A DNA stretch of 48,312 bases from Coleofasciculus chthonoplastes F2-STO-03 (GTDB lineage Bacteria > Cyanobacteriota > Cyanobacteriia > Cyanobacteriales > Coleofasciculaceae), in the NCBI GenBank assembly GCA_040222015.1, contig JAVJWO010000023.1:1-48312 (forward strand), in the 5' to 3' direction. The notes beneath the pieces are model-generated. The model did no database searches and was not told the DNA's origin. It saw nothing but the letters and a program-made list of their open reading frames with translations. Below are positions 1-10,497 of this stretch, piece after piece. Position numbers and translations under genes: made by a program. How positions within the stretch are numbered: the stretch's first letter is position 1; each line of letters begins with the position of its first letter.

Positions 1-1
1 G

Positions 2-205
2 GGAATCATCCGCGAACTGCTCGATGAAAATGACAAGTTAACGACATATCACAGTTCGCAAATTGAATTCCATAACAACCGACTCAAACAGCTAAGCAAT
101 AGAAAGGCAAGGCTGGAACGTCTTTATGCCGAGTTGCAAACTAAGAGTGGTAGAAACCTTGATGATGAAGACAAGGTTGGCGATGAGGAAGGAGAGAATG
201 ACTAA
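2..205 (+). CDS. 3' end of a hypothetical coiled-coil protein (partial, runs off window start)
   Basis: Frame 2 is open from the window edge: GIIRELLDENDKLTTY...RLERLYAELQ...DEEGEND, TAA at 203-205. Confidence 0.6.
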   Translation, partial: GIIRELLDENDKLTTYHSSQIEFHNNRLKQLSNRKARLERLYAELQTKSGRNLDDEDKVGDEEGEND

Positions 206-319
206 CAAGCGCAGCAACTGAGTTAATGATTAGAGGGTGATTTACACGATTAGACAGCTTTTCTCCACCCAATCCGATACAATAACTCAATCAGTATCCG
301 GTAATTGCTACTAGAAACG

Positions 320-1498
320 ATGACCCAGCCAGAACGCCTACGCCGTTGGCGACTTCTCTTAGGGGGTGGAGACGCCGATGGTATTTGTCAGGAGAATGGT
401 GAGGGAGAAGCCGCAGATTCCTTTACCCTTAATCCAACGGATCAAGCCATTGATAATGCCCTCAGCGCCCTCTACGATTCTGACCGCCGTGGTGGACTTG
501 GGAGTTCTTCTCCCAATATTGCCCGTTGGTTAGGCGACATTCGCACCTATTTCCCCTCATCAGTCGTGCAGGTGATGCAAAAAGATGCAATGGCACGCCT
601 TAACCTGCAACAGATGCTGCTGGAACCGGAACTGCTAGAAGCCGTTGAACCGGATGTTCATCTCGTGGCAAATCTACTATCCCTTAGTAGCATTCTGCCC
701 AGCAAAACCCAAGAAACCGCCCGCCGTGTGGTGCGTCAAGTCGTTGAACAATTGCAGCGTAAATTAACCAACCCCACCCGCCAAGCCATAATCGGTAGCC
801 TCAACCGTGCCATTCGCAACCGCCGTCCCCGCCATAATGAAATCGACTGGAACCGCACTATCCGCGCTAACCTCAAACATTATCAACCTAAATACGGCAC
901 AATTATCCCCGAAACCCGAATCGGCTACGGACGCAAACGCAGTTCTTTACACGATATTATCCTCTGCATCGACCAAAGTGGTTCCATGGCAACGTCTGTC
1001 GTCTATGCCGGAATCTTTGGGGCGGTGCTAGCCTCTCTCAGGGCAGTGCAAACCCGAATTGTCGTATTTGATACGTCGGTTGTAGACTTAACCGACGCAG
1101 CGCCAGATCCCGTAGACTTACTCTTTGGTACTCAACTGGGAGGCGGAACCGATATTAACCGCGCCCTCACCTACTGCCAAGGACTGGTGCGTCGTCCTCA
1201 GGACACTATTTTAGTGTTAATTAGTGACCTATATGAAGGGGGAAACCGGGAAGAAATGCTTAAGCGCGTGGCGGCATTGGTGGGATTAGGAGTTCAGTTG
1301 ATCACGCTGCTTGCCCTCAATGATGAAGGTGCGCCCATGTATGATCATTGGATAGCCGAAAAACTTGCCGGATTGGGTATCCCAGCCATGGCTTGCACGC
1401 CTGACCAGTTTCCTGATTTAATGGCAGCTGCAATTCAGCGTCAAGATATTGCACAATGGGCGGCTGCACAGGGTATGGTGCTTAGTGTTGAGTGTTGA
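320..1498 (+). CDS. VWA domain protein (CoxE/YehP-like)
   Basis: RRWRLLLG N-terminus, IDWNRTIRANL, MIDAS motif DQSGSM, GGGTDI, LISDLYEG; ATG at 320 preferred over TTG at 305. Confidence 0.85.
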   Translation: MTQPERLRRWRLLLGGGDADGICQENGEGEAADSFTLNPTDQAIDNALSALYDSDRRGGLGSSSPNIARWLGDIRTYFPSSVVQVMQKDAMARLNLQQMLLEPELLEAVEPDVHLVANLLSLSSILPSKTQETARRVVRQVVEQLQRKLTNPTRQAIIGSLNRAIRNRRPRHNEIDWNRTIRANLKHYQPKYGTIIPETRIGYGRKRSSLHDIILCIDQSGSMATSVVYAGIFGAVLASLRAVQTRIVVFDTSVVDLTDAAPDPVDLLFGTQLGGGTDINRALTYCQGLVRRPQDTILVLISDLYEGGNREEMLKRVAALVGLGVQLITLLALNDEGAPMYDHWIAEKLAGLGIPAMACTPDQFPDLMAAAIQRQDIAQWAAAQGMVLSVEC

Positions 1499-1910
1499 GT
1501 GTTGAGTTGGAAAAGCTGATCAAGATGGTGTGATAAACAAGCGAATTTGCCAACCAACAATTATGACGGCAAAAGGACAGTTACGCCTTTGCCGTCACAA
1601 TTTGTTATAATTTTTGCCAGGACTAGAAAACTCAATTAGTCAGGCGTTGCTGAATTAACGGCTTAATTCAGTGGCGCTTTTTCTTGAATCTTCATTACCG
1701 AAGTTTTCGTGAGAATGTCCACGAAAATTGCCGGAATTCACCTAAATTTTAGGGCAGAGCCTAAATTTGTCAAGATTTTGCTTAGAGCAAAGCGCTAGTT
1801 ACACCCGATAACTCGATTATTCTCCAATTGGTCGCCGTTATTTTTAAGATAGTGGGCAATTGTGAAATTAAAGTGAAAACAGAGAACGAATTTTCTCTAA
1901 GGAAGGACAG

Positions 1911-2594
1911 ATGATTGAAACAGATACGTCTTATATTTTTCTCGCCGGCGCTAGTCGCGGGGTGGGTCGAGAAATCGCCAAATGCCTGGTTGAGCAAAAC
2001 CAGAAGGTTAAAGCCTTGTTGCGTTCCCCGGACTCTCGCGCCGAGTTAGAAGCGATGGGGATTCAGGTGGTAATGGGAGATGCTCTAGATGCGGCAACGG
2101 TTGAACAAGTGATGCTGGGAGATGAACCGATTCAGGCGGTGATTAGTACGATAGGCGGCTTACCCAAAGAGGGTCAACGAGCGGATTTTTTGGGCAATAA
2201 GCATTTAATTGATGCGGCTATCAAGGCTAAGGTACAAAAGTTTATCTTGATTTCCTCGATTGGTAGTGGTGAGAGTGCGATCGCCTTACCCCCCCAAGCG
2301 TTGACCACGTTGAAGCCTGTACTCATTGAAAAAGAACAAGCGGAGAACTATTTGAAGGATAGCGGACTGACATATACTGTGATTCGACCCGGTGGGTTGA
2401 AGTCAGAACCTGCAACCGGAAATGGTGTGGTGACAGAAAATCAAAAGGTGGCGGGAACAATTCATCGCGCTGATGTCGCCCAGTTAGTTTGTCAATGTCT
2501 GTTCTCAGAGGCGGCGAATAATAAAGTCCTGGCGGCGATTGATCGGGCGCAGATGTATGGGTATCCGGAGTTTGAGGAACTCAGTTTGACGTGA
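1911..2594 (+). CDS. NAD(P)-binding atypical SDR/NmrA-like oxidoreductase
   Basis: Rossmann motif AGASRGVG, YTVIRPGGL, IHRADVA; AAGGAAGGA RBS upstream. Confidence 0.85.
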   Translation: MIETDTSYIFLAGASRGVGREIAKCLVEQNQKVKALLRSPDSRAELEAMGIQVVMGDALDAATVEQVMLGDEPIQAVISTIGGLPKEGQRADFLGNKHLIDAAIKAKVQKFILISSIGSGESAIALPPQALTTLKPVLIEKEQAENYLKDSGLTYTVIRPGGLKSEPATGNGVVTENQKVAGTIHRADVAQLVCQCLFSEAANNKVLAAIDRAQMYGYPEFEELSLT

Positions 2595-3039
2595 AGGGTT
2601 TGACCCAAAGGCGCTGAATTGCCCAATCGAGGGTAAAACCTGCGATCGCAAATTCGATGAGACTCTCGATGACTAAGATACCCCAAACCCAAAAGGTATC
2701 GGTGATATCCGGCTGTCCCTCTATTACTGCCAAACCCCGCACCAAACCAAACGCTAACACGACTCCTGCTTTCAGTTGGGGATTTTGGTCATCCCGGATG
2801 GCGTAGCGGTAGGTGACGCCAAACAAAAAGCCGGACAAAAACGCGATCGCGACTTTGATCAATAGGGTTATATTAGCCGGGACATCCAGTAAGCTGAAGG
2901 CAGGGGACGGGGTGGGTAGAAGCAGCGAGTGCAACAGCGCGATCGCACAATAGGTTAAAGCTAGGGATAATCCCCCCAGGATAGCCGCTTTCAGGGATTC
3001 GATCCGTTCAGCGTCAGTTGGGTCAAAGGAAGAGTTCAC
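2581..3039 (-). CDS. cyanobacterial membrane protein of unknown function
   Basis: 152 aa ORF with several hydrophobic helices; ERIESLKA and LFGVTYRY motifs. Confidence 0.7.
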   Translation of the reverse strand: MNSSFDPTDAERIESLKAAILGGLSLALTYCAIALLHSLLLPTPSPAFSLLDVPANITLLIKVAIAFLSGFLFGVTYRYAIRDDQNPQLKAGVVLAFGLVRGLAVIEGQPDITDTFWVWGILVIESLIEFAIAGFTLDWAIQRLWVKPFTSN

Positions 3040-3126
3040 GACTTTCGCTCCTGGTGGTCAAAGACGGTTCAAATTGAATTATCATAAACCTTGGAGTCAT
3101 TTCTTAATCACTACTCATAAAGCACG

Positions 3127-3216
3127 ATGGATATTTTGTCATTAGGCTGGGTCGCCACTCTGGTTCTGTTCACTTGGTCGATTGCGATGGTAGTCTGGGC
3201 TCGTAACGGGTTCTAG
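3127..3216 (+). CDS. petN: cytochrome b6f complex subunit PetN
   Basis: Manual translation [29 protein letters not shown] (29 aa) matches the PetN consensus; too short for the ORF track. Confidence 0.95.
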   Translation: MDILSLGWVATLVLFTWSIAMVVWARNGF

Positions 3217-3223
3217 AGAGATT

Positions 3224-3358
3224 GTGGAAGGTTCTGTTTTTACCGTCATATTTTTAGCCGCGGCTGGACTATTAGTCCTGGTGACTGGGGGCGTCGTTTA
3301 CTTAACCGCCGCCGAATGGCGCGATCGCCGTCGCCGCGATCGGGATAAGAAACTATAA
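3224..3358 (+). CDS. small single-TM protein (44 aa) downstream of petN
   Basis: GTG start 7 nt after the petN stop; MEGSVFTVIFLAAAGLLVLVTGGVVYLTAAEWRDRRRRDRDKKL: hydrophobic helix plus basic tail. Confidence 0.75.
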   Translation: MEGSVFTVIFLAAAGLLVLVTGGVVYLTAAEWRDRRRRDRDKKL

Positions 3359-3427
3359 GTCCAATACTGTAAGGGATAGGGGAGCTGGGGGAGCTAGGGA
3401 AGATGAGGGAGAAAAAATCCCCATATA

Positions 3428-3455
3428 GTAGGGACACGGCAGTGCCGTGCCCCTA
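3428..3455. repeat. REP-like palindromic repeat GTAGGGACACG...CGTGCCCCTA
   Basis: Near-perfect palindrome; related copies at 4238-4265 and 37090-37117. Confidence 0.7.
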
Positions 3456-3592
3456 TAAGTATTGCCCATGCCACCAAGAACGTGTAAGTCCTAGACAGGA
3501 CAATGATGAGTCATATTCGATGTTGAAAGCAGCTAGGTTTAGCGCTATAAGAAGATAACTGTACCTTCTGAATGCGCTCACATCTTTAGATT

Positions 3593-4084
3593 ATGGCTTC
3601 AACCTATTCATTTGATATCGTCAGTGATTTTGACCGACAAGAGTTGGTGAATGCCTTAGACCAAACAAATCGCGAAATCAGCAACCGTTATGACTTGAAA
3701 GACACCAAGACAACCGTTGACTTGGGTGATGAGACAATTACCGTGAACACCGATAGCGAATTCACCCTAGATACTGTACACAACATTCTGCTGACCAAAG
3801 CCACCAAACGTAACCTCTCCCCGAAAATTTTCGACTACGGCAAAGTTGAATCAGCGAGTGGCAATCGAGTACGCCAAGAAATTAAACTGCAAAAAGGAAT
3901 TAGCCAAGATATCGGCAAAAAAATCGCCAAACTGATTCGGGATGAATTCAAAAAAGTACAAGCCTCGATTCAAGGCGATGCGGTTAGAGTGTCAAGTAAA
4001 TCCAAAGATGATTTACAACAAATTATCCAGCACTTGAAACAAGAGGAATTGCCCGTGGCGCTGCAATTTACGAATTATCGATAG
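3593..4084 (+). CDS. yajQ: YajQ family nucleotide/c-di-GMP-binding protein
   Basis: SFDIVS...NRYDLK...[12 protein letters not shown]...LQFTNYR signature. Confidence 0.93.
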   Translation: MASTYSFDIVSDFDRQELVNALDQTNREISNRYDLKDTKTTVDLGDETITVNTDSEFTLDTVHNILLTKATKRNLSPKIFDYGKVESASGNRVRQEIKLQKGISQDIGKKIAKLIRDEFKKVQASIQGDAVRVSSKSKDDLQQIIQHLKQEELPVALQFTNYR

Positions 4085-4293
4085 AATCGCCAAGTTGGCG
4101 TAAAGATGTAGGGGCGGGTTTAGGAATTAAATCAGGAAACCCACCTCAAACCAAACAACGAAACCCGCCCTAATCCCAACCTAAATTTATCGATTAACTC
4201 CTGTTTGGGTTTACCGTTGAACGACCAACGACCATCTGTAGGGACACGACATGTCGTGTCCCTACCCCAAGCTTATGGCAAACTAACTTATCC

Positions 4294-5595
4294 CTAGATA
4301 CTCGACATAACCTCCCGCGCTGCTTCTAGCGTGCGGTCAATATCCTCATCGGTGTGTGCCAAAGAGGTAAACCCTGCCTCAAACTGGGACGGTGCCAGAT
4401 AAATTCCCCGTTCCAACATGCCACGATGGAAACGGCTAAACTTGGCTAAATCTGATTTTTTGGCATCGTCGTAATTACGCACTGGACCTACGGTGAAGAA
4501 CATGCCAAACATAGCACTAATTTGTCCACCGCAGGCAGGATGTCCGGTTTCTTTGGCAATCTCTAATAACCCGTTGGACAGTTTTTTGGTGATTTTATCA
4601 AGCTGTTCGTAAGTTCCGGGCTTTTGCAATAACTCCAGGGTTTTAATCCCAGCCGTCATCGCCAGGGGATTACCGGAAAGGGTGCCGGCTTGGTACATCG
4701 GACCGGCAGGTGCAACCATGGACATAATATCTTGACGTCCACCATAAGCACCCACGGGTAAACCTCCACCAATCACTTTACCCAATGTGGTTAAATCAGG
4801 AGTCACGCCAAATTTTTCTTGAGCGCCGCCGTAGGCAATCCGGAAACCCGTCATCACTTCATCAAAGACTAACAGGGCACCATGTTCCTGAGTAATCAGG
4901 CGTAAGCCTTCCAGAAATCCAGCATCAGGGGGAACAAAACCAGAGTTACCAACTACGGGTTCAAGAATCACCCCAGAAATACTATCTGGATTGGCTGCAA
5001 AGAGAGATTTGACCGATTCCAAATCGTTATAAATGGCAGTCAGGGTACTGGCTGTCGCCGATTTAGGGACACCGGGAGAGTCAGGTAAGCCGAGGGTAGC
5101 AACCCCAGAACCGGCTTGCACAAGCAGCATATCGGCGTGACCATGGTAACAGCCAGAGAATTTGATAATTTTATCTCTGCCTGTAAAGGCACGCATCAGG
5201 CGAATGACTGCCATACAAGCTTCCGTACCGGAATTGACAAACCGCACCATTTCGATACTGGGAACGGCTTCAATCACCATGGAGGCTAAAACGTTCTCTA
5301 GCACGGAAGGAGCGCCGAAGCTTGTGCCTTTTTCCAGGGCGTCGTGCAGGGCGGAAATAACCTCTGGGTGGGCATGACCGCAAATGGCGGGTCCCCAAGT
5401 GCCAACATAGTCAATGTACTGATTGCCATCGACATCCCAGATGTAGGCACCCTTAACCCGGTCAAATACAATGGGTTGTCCGCCAACAGACTTAAATGCC
5501 CGAACCGGTGAACTGACACCTCCCGGCATCAGGTTTTGGGCAGTTTGGAAAATTTCTTCTGATTTCGTAGTTGTCCAGGACGAGGTGGTAACCAA
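4294..5595 (-). CDS. hemL: glutamate-1-semialdehyde 2,1-aminomutase
   Basis: [40 protein letters not shown] (PLP lysine), [10 protein letters not shown]. Confidence 0.97.
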   Translation of the reverse strand: MVTTSSWTTTKSEEIFQTAQNLMPGGVSSPVRAFKSVGGQPIVFDRVKGAYIWDVDGNQYIDYVGTWGPAICGHAHPEVISALHDALEKGTSFGAPSVLENVLASMVIEAVPSIEMVRFVNSGTEACMAVIRLMRAFTGRDKIIKFSGCYHGHADMLLVQAGSGVATLGLPDSPGVPKSATASTLTAIYNDLESVKSLFAANPDSISGVILEPVVGNSGFVPPDAGFLEGLRLITQEHGALLVFDEVMTGFRIAYGGAQEKFGVTPDLTTLGKVIGGGLPVGAYGGRQDIMSMVAPAGPMYQAGTLSGNPLAMTAGIKTLELLQKPGTYEQLDKITKKLSNGLLEIAKETGHPACGGQISAMFGMFFTVGPVRNYDDAKKSDLAKFSRFHRGMLERGIYLAPSQFEAGFTSLAHTDEDIDRTLEAAREVMSSI

Positions 5596-5713
5596 AACTG
5601 TCTCCTGTTATTCGATGCTTATCTCTATCAGGATAAAGTTTAGTGGTGATTCGGGGAATAGGGTAGACATTAAACTCCTCGGTTATACCCGTATTTATCC
5701 CGGATATGAGAAA

Positions 5714-5928
5714 TAAGCTGTTCGACATTTAGATTGGGATACCTAAAGTCCAAGACAGGCAGACTTCGGTGTGAGCGCGGACCCCTGAGCCTGTCGAAGT
5801 TCAGTCGAACGCAGGCAACAGAGAATAAGCTGTTCGGCATTTAAACCATAATGCTAGGAACTGCGAAATCCTTGTGGTGCAACCATCTTGGTCACTACCC
5901 ATTTCCAATTTAAATGCATAACAGCTTA
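5714..5928. repeat. MITE-like element with TAAGCTGTT...AACAGCTTA inverted ends at the left edge of the eCIS locus
   Basis: TAAGCTGTTCG(A/G)CATTTA at 5714 and again at 5826; inverted partner TAAATGCATAACAGCTTA ending at 5928. Confidence 0.55.
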
Positions 5929-5950
5929 CACCGTTTAAATGCATTTTAGC

Positions 5951-7621
5951 TTATGACCATTGCACATATAAAACGTTATTCATCCACGGTAGTTTTATGA
6001 TGTTGATGTTCCAGGGAAGTTGTTCCAATAAAACATCATAGGTTTCTGGTTCGACTTGTAACAGCCAGTTCCCATCGCGAATTCTCAAGATGCCTTTTCG
6101 TTGTAGAAAAGCTTGCCTGAATCCGGCAATGGATGTATTTTTCAAGATTGACCAATTTTGGATGACAGCAGTGAGTAGGGTTTCACCTTCTAATTGCTCT
6201 TGTTCTGTGATGTCTAAGGTTGTCTCTACGGGTTCTAATACATCGATTCCACAAAGAACTTTATTCAAGGGCAAACTAGGCTCAGAGAGTTCGGTTACAG
6301 CTTCCACTAAATATTGGATTAATAGCACGGCTCGTTCCGCCGCATCGGAATTAATAAAGGATTTTTTTTGAACCAGTCCGATTGTTTGAAAAAAATGATT
6401 GAGAAAGGGATGCAATAAAACTAATCCCCCGTTATTAATGTATATTTCATTGGTATTGTTAAAATTTTGAATAGTTTCTGAAGAAATTGGCAAGTCTAAT
6501 TCTCTAACACTATTTTCTTTAACCAGAGTTTCTCTGGATGAAGATGCTACTAGTTCTGCGATAATTTCTGGGAGTTCACTTTTGCCGCTTTTCCCTTCTC
6601 GTTTCAGAGAGTCTACCGTTTTCACCATCTGATTCACAAAGTCAAAATAATTAAGCTGAAAACGGGTGGCGAGATACTCTAAGCTTTTTTGGGTTATTTG
6701 GCGCTTTTCTGGGGTGACAGTTTTATCAAAAGGCAGACTGAGAAATATCCCGCGCCATTGTTCTAACCGGATTAAATTTTGGGGGATAACTTTAATGAAG
6801 TCATTTCTTTTGAAAATGCCAAAAATATCACTATTGTAATCGGCAATAAAATCCGATAAACTTGGGACAAATAAGTTGGCTATTTTAAGTAAAAGTTCAT
6901 CATTGAATTGATAAATTAGTCGCTTGAGTTGTCTTTCCTGTTGAAAAACTTGCCAGAAAATTGGCTTAATTAGATTGGGGGAGGTGGTGATAACGCGATC
7001 GCAAGATTCTGCTAATGCCTTTTTGCTTAAGATTTCTGACCACCACGGGAGTGTACCCGTTTGCAGGAAATAACTAATCCGTTCAAGGTCCGTGGTTTGG
7101 GGACTCAGGGGAACGTTTTCAGGACGAGGAGGAATTGGTTGACGAGATTGAGATGCATGGGTGTATGTCAACTTCGTAGGTTGGGTTGAGGAACGAAACC
7201 CAACTCCCTTAGTTCCCTTGAACGTTTTGTGCAAACCTGACATACTCCCAGATGCATTGCCTGCTTCTCGATGTTCTACTAAAACATTTGTACCCGTTTC
7301 TCCAGTTTCTCGATCCATTGCCATACTCATACCAGATGGCTGAATAATTTCAGTCAATTGCTGTTTAATTTCAGCTTCTATTTTGGTGATATACTCTTGC
7401 TCAAAATCATCAATATCGATAGTTCCCAGATTAATCTCTAACGTCTCAATGCGATGAATTGTCCGAGAATCGCTCAACTGATCACACAACTTTTCAATCA
7501 GCGGAACCACTTTGCTGTAATAGAGTTGAGTCACCGTCTTTTGCAGTTCCAACGCATCTTGTTGTCCGCTTAACTGAAGTTCGATAATCTGTGTTTTAAT
7601 TTGATGTCGTTGATCGCTCAC
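5951..7621 (-). CDS. eCIS tape measure protein (Afp14/CIS_TMP-like)
   Basis: N-terminal HQIK..IE..RIETLEINLG, YFLQTGTLPWW, C-terminal IYINNGGLVLLHPFL...FLQRKG...LPW..IIKLPWM; last gene of the operon. Confidence 0.85.
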   Translation of the reverse strand: MSDQRHQIKTQIIELQLSGQQDALELQKTVTQLYYSKVVPLIEKLCDQLSDSRTIHRIETLEINLGTIDIDDFEQEYITKIEAEIKQQLTEIIQPSGMSMAMDRETGETGTNVLVEHREAGNASGSMSGLHKTFKGTKGVGFRSSTQPTKLTYTHASQSRQPIPPRPENVPLSPQTTDLERISYFLQTGTLPWWSEILSKKALAESCDRVITTSPNLIKPIFWQVFQQERQLKRLIYQFNDELLLKIANLFVPSLSDFIADYNSDIFGIFKRNDFIKVIPQNLIRLEQWRGIFLSLPFDKTVTPEKRQITQKSLEYLATRFQLNYFDFVNQMVKTVDSLKREGKSGKSELPEIIAELVASSSRETLVKENSVRELDLPISSETIQNFNNTNEIYINNGGLVLLHPFLNHFFQTIGLVQKKSFINSDAAERAVLLIQYLVEAVTELSEPSLPLNKVLCGIDVLEPVETTLDITEQEQLEGETLLTAVIQNWSILKNTSIAGFRQAFLQRKGILRIRDGNWLLQVEPETYDVLLEQLPWNINIIKLPWMNNVLYVQWS

Positions 7622-7631
7622 AACTCTAGTA

Positions 7632-10055
7632 TTAAATTACAGTAAAAACAGTATTTTCATTACCCTCAATCACCATATATCCGATAACTTTAGGAATTTG
7701 ATCGGACACAAATTCTGCTGAACCAATGTTCAATAATTCTAGAAGTTCATTTACACTTGCCTGAAGACCAGCTGGGGAAGCTCCTTCATCTGCCATGAGT
7801 TCTAACCATTGATGGTAAGCCGCTTCAAATTTCCGCATCTTCTCTTGACTGAACCAATGACAGTATACCGTAATATGGGCTGGTATTTCTGAGATTAAAA
7901 GTTCCTGAACGAGTTGTCTAAAGGTGGGCTGCTGAAAACGCGGTAACCAATCGGGGAAAACACAACTAATTTGAAACGAATACGGGTCCCGGTGTTGATT
8001 AACGCTGACCCATTTTCCACTATCTTGTTCAACAAACGCGCTAGGGATATCAAACGTTTCCGGTTGAACATTCGTCACCGAATAACTGCCATTGTAATCA
8101 CCCGCATCAAAGATTTGAATTTCATCACCATCCTTGAGTCCATGATTAGCAGAGGAACAGGTGACGTGTTCAGTTTGATTGGCTTGGTTTGAGCGAGCAA
8201 ATTGTGAAATAGAACGCGCAAAAGTTAACCCTTGAGCGGTATCACTGGAACCACTACGGCTAGTGGGACGCAGTAAAATATGTTCGATTAGATGAAACCC
8301 TTCAATACCATTAGAGCCAGCCAGAGTTTGGCGAGTGTGAGGAATTCCCAGAAATCGACTAATCCGCCGCTTGAGTCCGGATACATTATCAGTATCCCAA
8401 ATTTGATTGGCATCTGTATAGTTGAAAGCTTGACCCCGTTGGGAACTAATTTGGGGATAGTCTTGCAGAAAAGCAACCTTGTCCTGAATCAGTTTTTCTT
8501 CCAGGATAGATTCATAGAGGAGTAAGGAATAGTCGGTGAACTTTTCGCCGTATTGAGCAATTAAATGATCCAGAAACCGATTTCGCCGCTCTAAATCAAT
8601 CTCTTGGTCGGCTGGAGAGGGTTGAGGATATTGGGTTAAGATATCTGCGGCTCCAGGAAAATCGGTAATATTCTGGGAAACGTAAGTTTTAGGGTCGAGT
8701 TTGTGGTAAGAAAATAAGTCTTTAACATGGTCAAGTTGGGCAAAATAGTTAGCCAGTAGTTGGTCGAAGAACATCAGATAAGCTTGCAATTGTTTTGCCT
8801 GTGCTTGTCGCTGCTCAGATACCGAAGCGGGCAATCCTGACTCCCCAATTCCGTAATTGCCAGGGAATTCATTTTGAATGGATTCATACTCAGACAAATC
8901 CCGGTATTGACCTAGAGGAATCGACAGGTCTTTATTTTCCGTGACTGATGGCGTTTTCTGGCGCTCTTGCTGTAATCGTTTTAGTTTTTCTTGGACTTTT
9001 TCTAGGTTAATCGTGCAAGCAATTTGTCCTTTATAGAAGATGATATCATTAATCGTCTCACTAATTTCTTTAAGTTTAGGTGCTGTATTAATGCCTAAGT
9101 CTAATGCCCAGGCTTCGGGTTCCGGTAACTGGTCGCTGGCAATAGTAATACTACGGATGGTTTTCGTCCCTTCTATATCTAGAATAATATGAATTAGGTC
9201 AGAGGTATGAAGTTCATCTCGTCTGCCAAAACGCTGGAGTTCTTCATCATCAATAAAGCCATGGTTGAGGGGAACTCCGTCAAAAATTTCTTCGGTCTTT
9301 TTGCCTTGTTCGAGTCGTTGCTTTAAGGTAGAAAAATGGATGGAAGGCGAGATAAACTTGTCCAGTTCAAAATAGATTTTTGCCATCAACTCATTGAGGT
9401 CAAATCCTGCTTCAACTTCAATTTCGGCATTGACGGTTATTTCTTCAACGGGGAGTATTTCAATTTGGGCAAAATCCTCGCATAGATTTCGGTGTTGGTG
9501 GAGTTTGGACTTAACATCCTGTTTTACGAAAAAACTATTTTGTTGGGGTTCGGCTTCAATGAGGACGCGATAAAGTCCATTCATTTTGACTTGTTCGCTA
9601 TAGGATTTGACAAATTCGGGGAGGTCAGGCGATTCAAAGGTTAAGGAAGAGCGAGCTGGATTAAAATAGAGGATGGGTGATGGCTCTTGGATGGGTTCTA
9701 GCCAAGCGTTTTTGACCCCATCAATATCAATTAACAGTTTGCGATAGTCATTAATGGTTAGAGGATTAACCGTGAGAATTTCTCTGGCGGTGAAAAACGG
9801 TTGCTGATTGCCTTGGGAATGGGTGGGAGCAGGGGCGAGTAAATCTGCTATGGGAAAGGAAAGCCGATAACTTAAATCCGTAATCCCATAGCAGAGGGCT
9901 TCCAGGATAGTAATACCTGGATCATGGGTATTATAATCTGTCCAGATTGTCCCAGCGAGGCGTTCAATGTGCTTGATGCCTTCTTGACGCAACAAGGCGA
10001 AATTCATGCCGGGATAGGCTGGGGGTTCGCTGGAAATGGTTAGGGGTTCAGTCAT
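7632..10055 (-). CDS. eCIS baseplate wedge protein (Afp12-like)
   Basis: WTDYNTHDPGITILE, DYRKLLID..GVKNAW, HRNLCEDF, EGFHLIEHILLRP, DPYSFQ, EIPAH; start taken at MTEP (10055) rather than 10136. Confidence 0.88.
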   Translation of the reverse strand: MTEPLTISSEPPAYPGMNFALLRQEGIKHIERLAGTIWTDYNTHDPGITILEALCYGITDLSYRLSFPIADLLAPAPTHSQGNQQPFFTAREILTVNPLTINDYRKLLIDIDGVKNAWLEPIQEPSPILYFNPARSSLTFESPDLPEFVKSYSEQVKMNGLYRVLIEAEPQQNSFFVKQDVKSKLHQHRNLCEDFAQIEILPVEEITVNAEIEVEAGFDLNELMAKIYFELDKFISPSIHFSTLKQRLEQGKKTEEIFDGVPLNHGFIDDEELQRFGRRDELHTSDLIHIILDIEGTKTIRSITIASDQLPEPEAWALDLGINTAPKLKEISETINDIIFYKGQIACTINLEKVQEKLKRLQQERQKTPSVTENKDLSIPLGQYRDLSEYESIQNEFPGNYGIGESGLPASVSEQRQAQAKQLQAYLMFFDQLLANYFAQLDHVKDLFSYHKLDPKTYVSQNITDFPGAADILTQYPQPSPADQEIDLERRNRFLDHLIAQYGEKFTDYSLLLYESILEEKLIQDKVAFLQDYPQISSQRGQAFNYTDANQIWDTDNVSGLKRRISRFLGIPHTRQTLAGSNGIEGFHLIEHILLRPTSRSGSSDTAQGLTFARSISQFARSNQANQTEHVTCSSANHGLKDGDEIQIFDAGDYNGSYSVTNVQPETFDIPSAFVEQDSGKWVSVNQHRDPYSFQISCVFPDWLPRFQQPTFRQLVQELLISEIPAHITVYCHWFSQEKMRKFEAAYHQWLELMADEGASPAGLQASVNELLELLNIGSAEFVSDQIPKVIGYMVIEGNENTVFTVI

Positions 10056-10110
10056 AGCGATGCAGAATTGGGGCTTGCTGAAAATGACTCCGTGTTTAGA
10101 GGTAAAGGAG

Positions 10111-10302
10111 TTAAAGAGCTGGTTCTGATGAGTCATCCTGATTTTTGGCTAACTCTTCTTCTAATACCTGAATGGCTCCATGAAGGCGCAATAAGGTATA
10201 TTGTACTTCTTTTTGTTGGGCTTCTAACTCAGTCAAAAGTTTTTGACCCGATGCAAATTCACGCTTAAGTTGTTCAAGGCGTTCTTCAATCTGCTTTCTC
10301 AT
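10111..10302 (-). CDS. small coiled-coil protein within the eCIS operon
   Basis: 63 aa heptad-rich MRKQIEERLEQLKREFASGQK...LLRLHGAIQVLEE; co-oriented between the fibre and baseplate genes. Confidence 0.7.
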   Translation of the reverse strand: MRKQIEERLEQLKREFASGQKLLTELEAQQKEVQYTLLRLHGAIQVLEEELAKNQDDSSEPAL

Positions 10303-10405
10303 CGATTTATTCCCAAAAGGATGGGATTGTTTTAGTTGGATTGAGCGTTATAAAAAAGATTTTTCGGCTCTCCCGGACTTGTAGTGATAACCAAATCTTA
10401 TATTT

Positions 10406-10477
10406 CGTAGGGTGGGTTAGGCGCGGGTAGGATTTGTAGGAAAAACCCATAACTTTTCATCCGCGCCGTAACCCACC
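10406..10477. repeat. GTAGGGTGGG-type palindromic dispersed repeat
   Basis: GGTGGGTTAGGCGCGG ... CCGCGCCGTAACCCACC inverted arms in an intergenic gap. Confidence 0.6.
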
Positions 10478-10497
10478 GGCTAGTATTTTGTAGCTCG

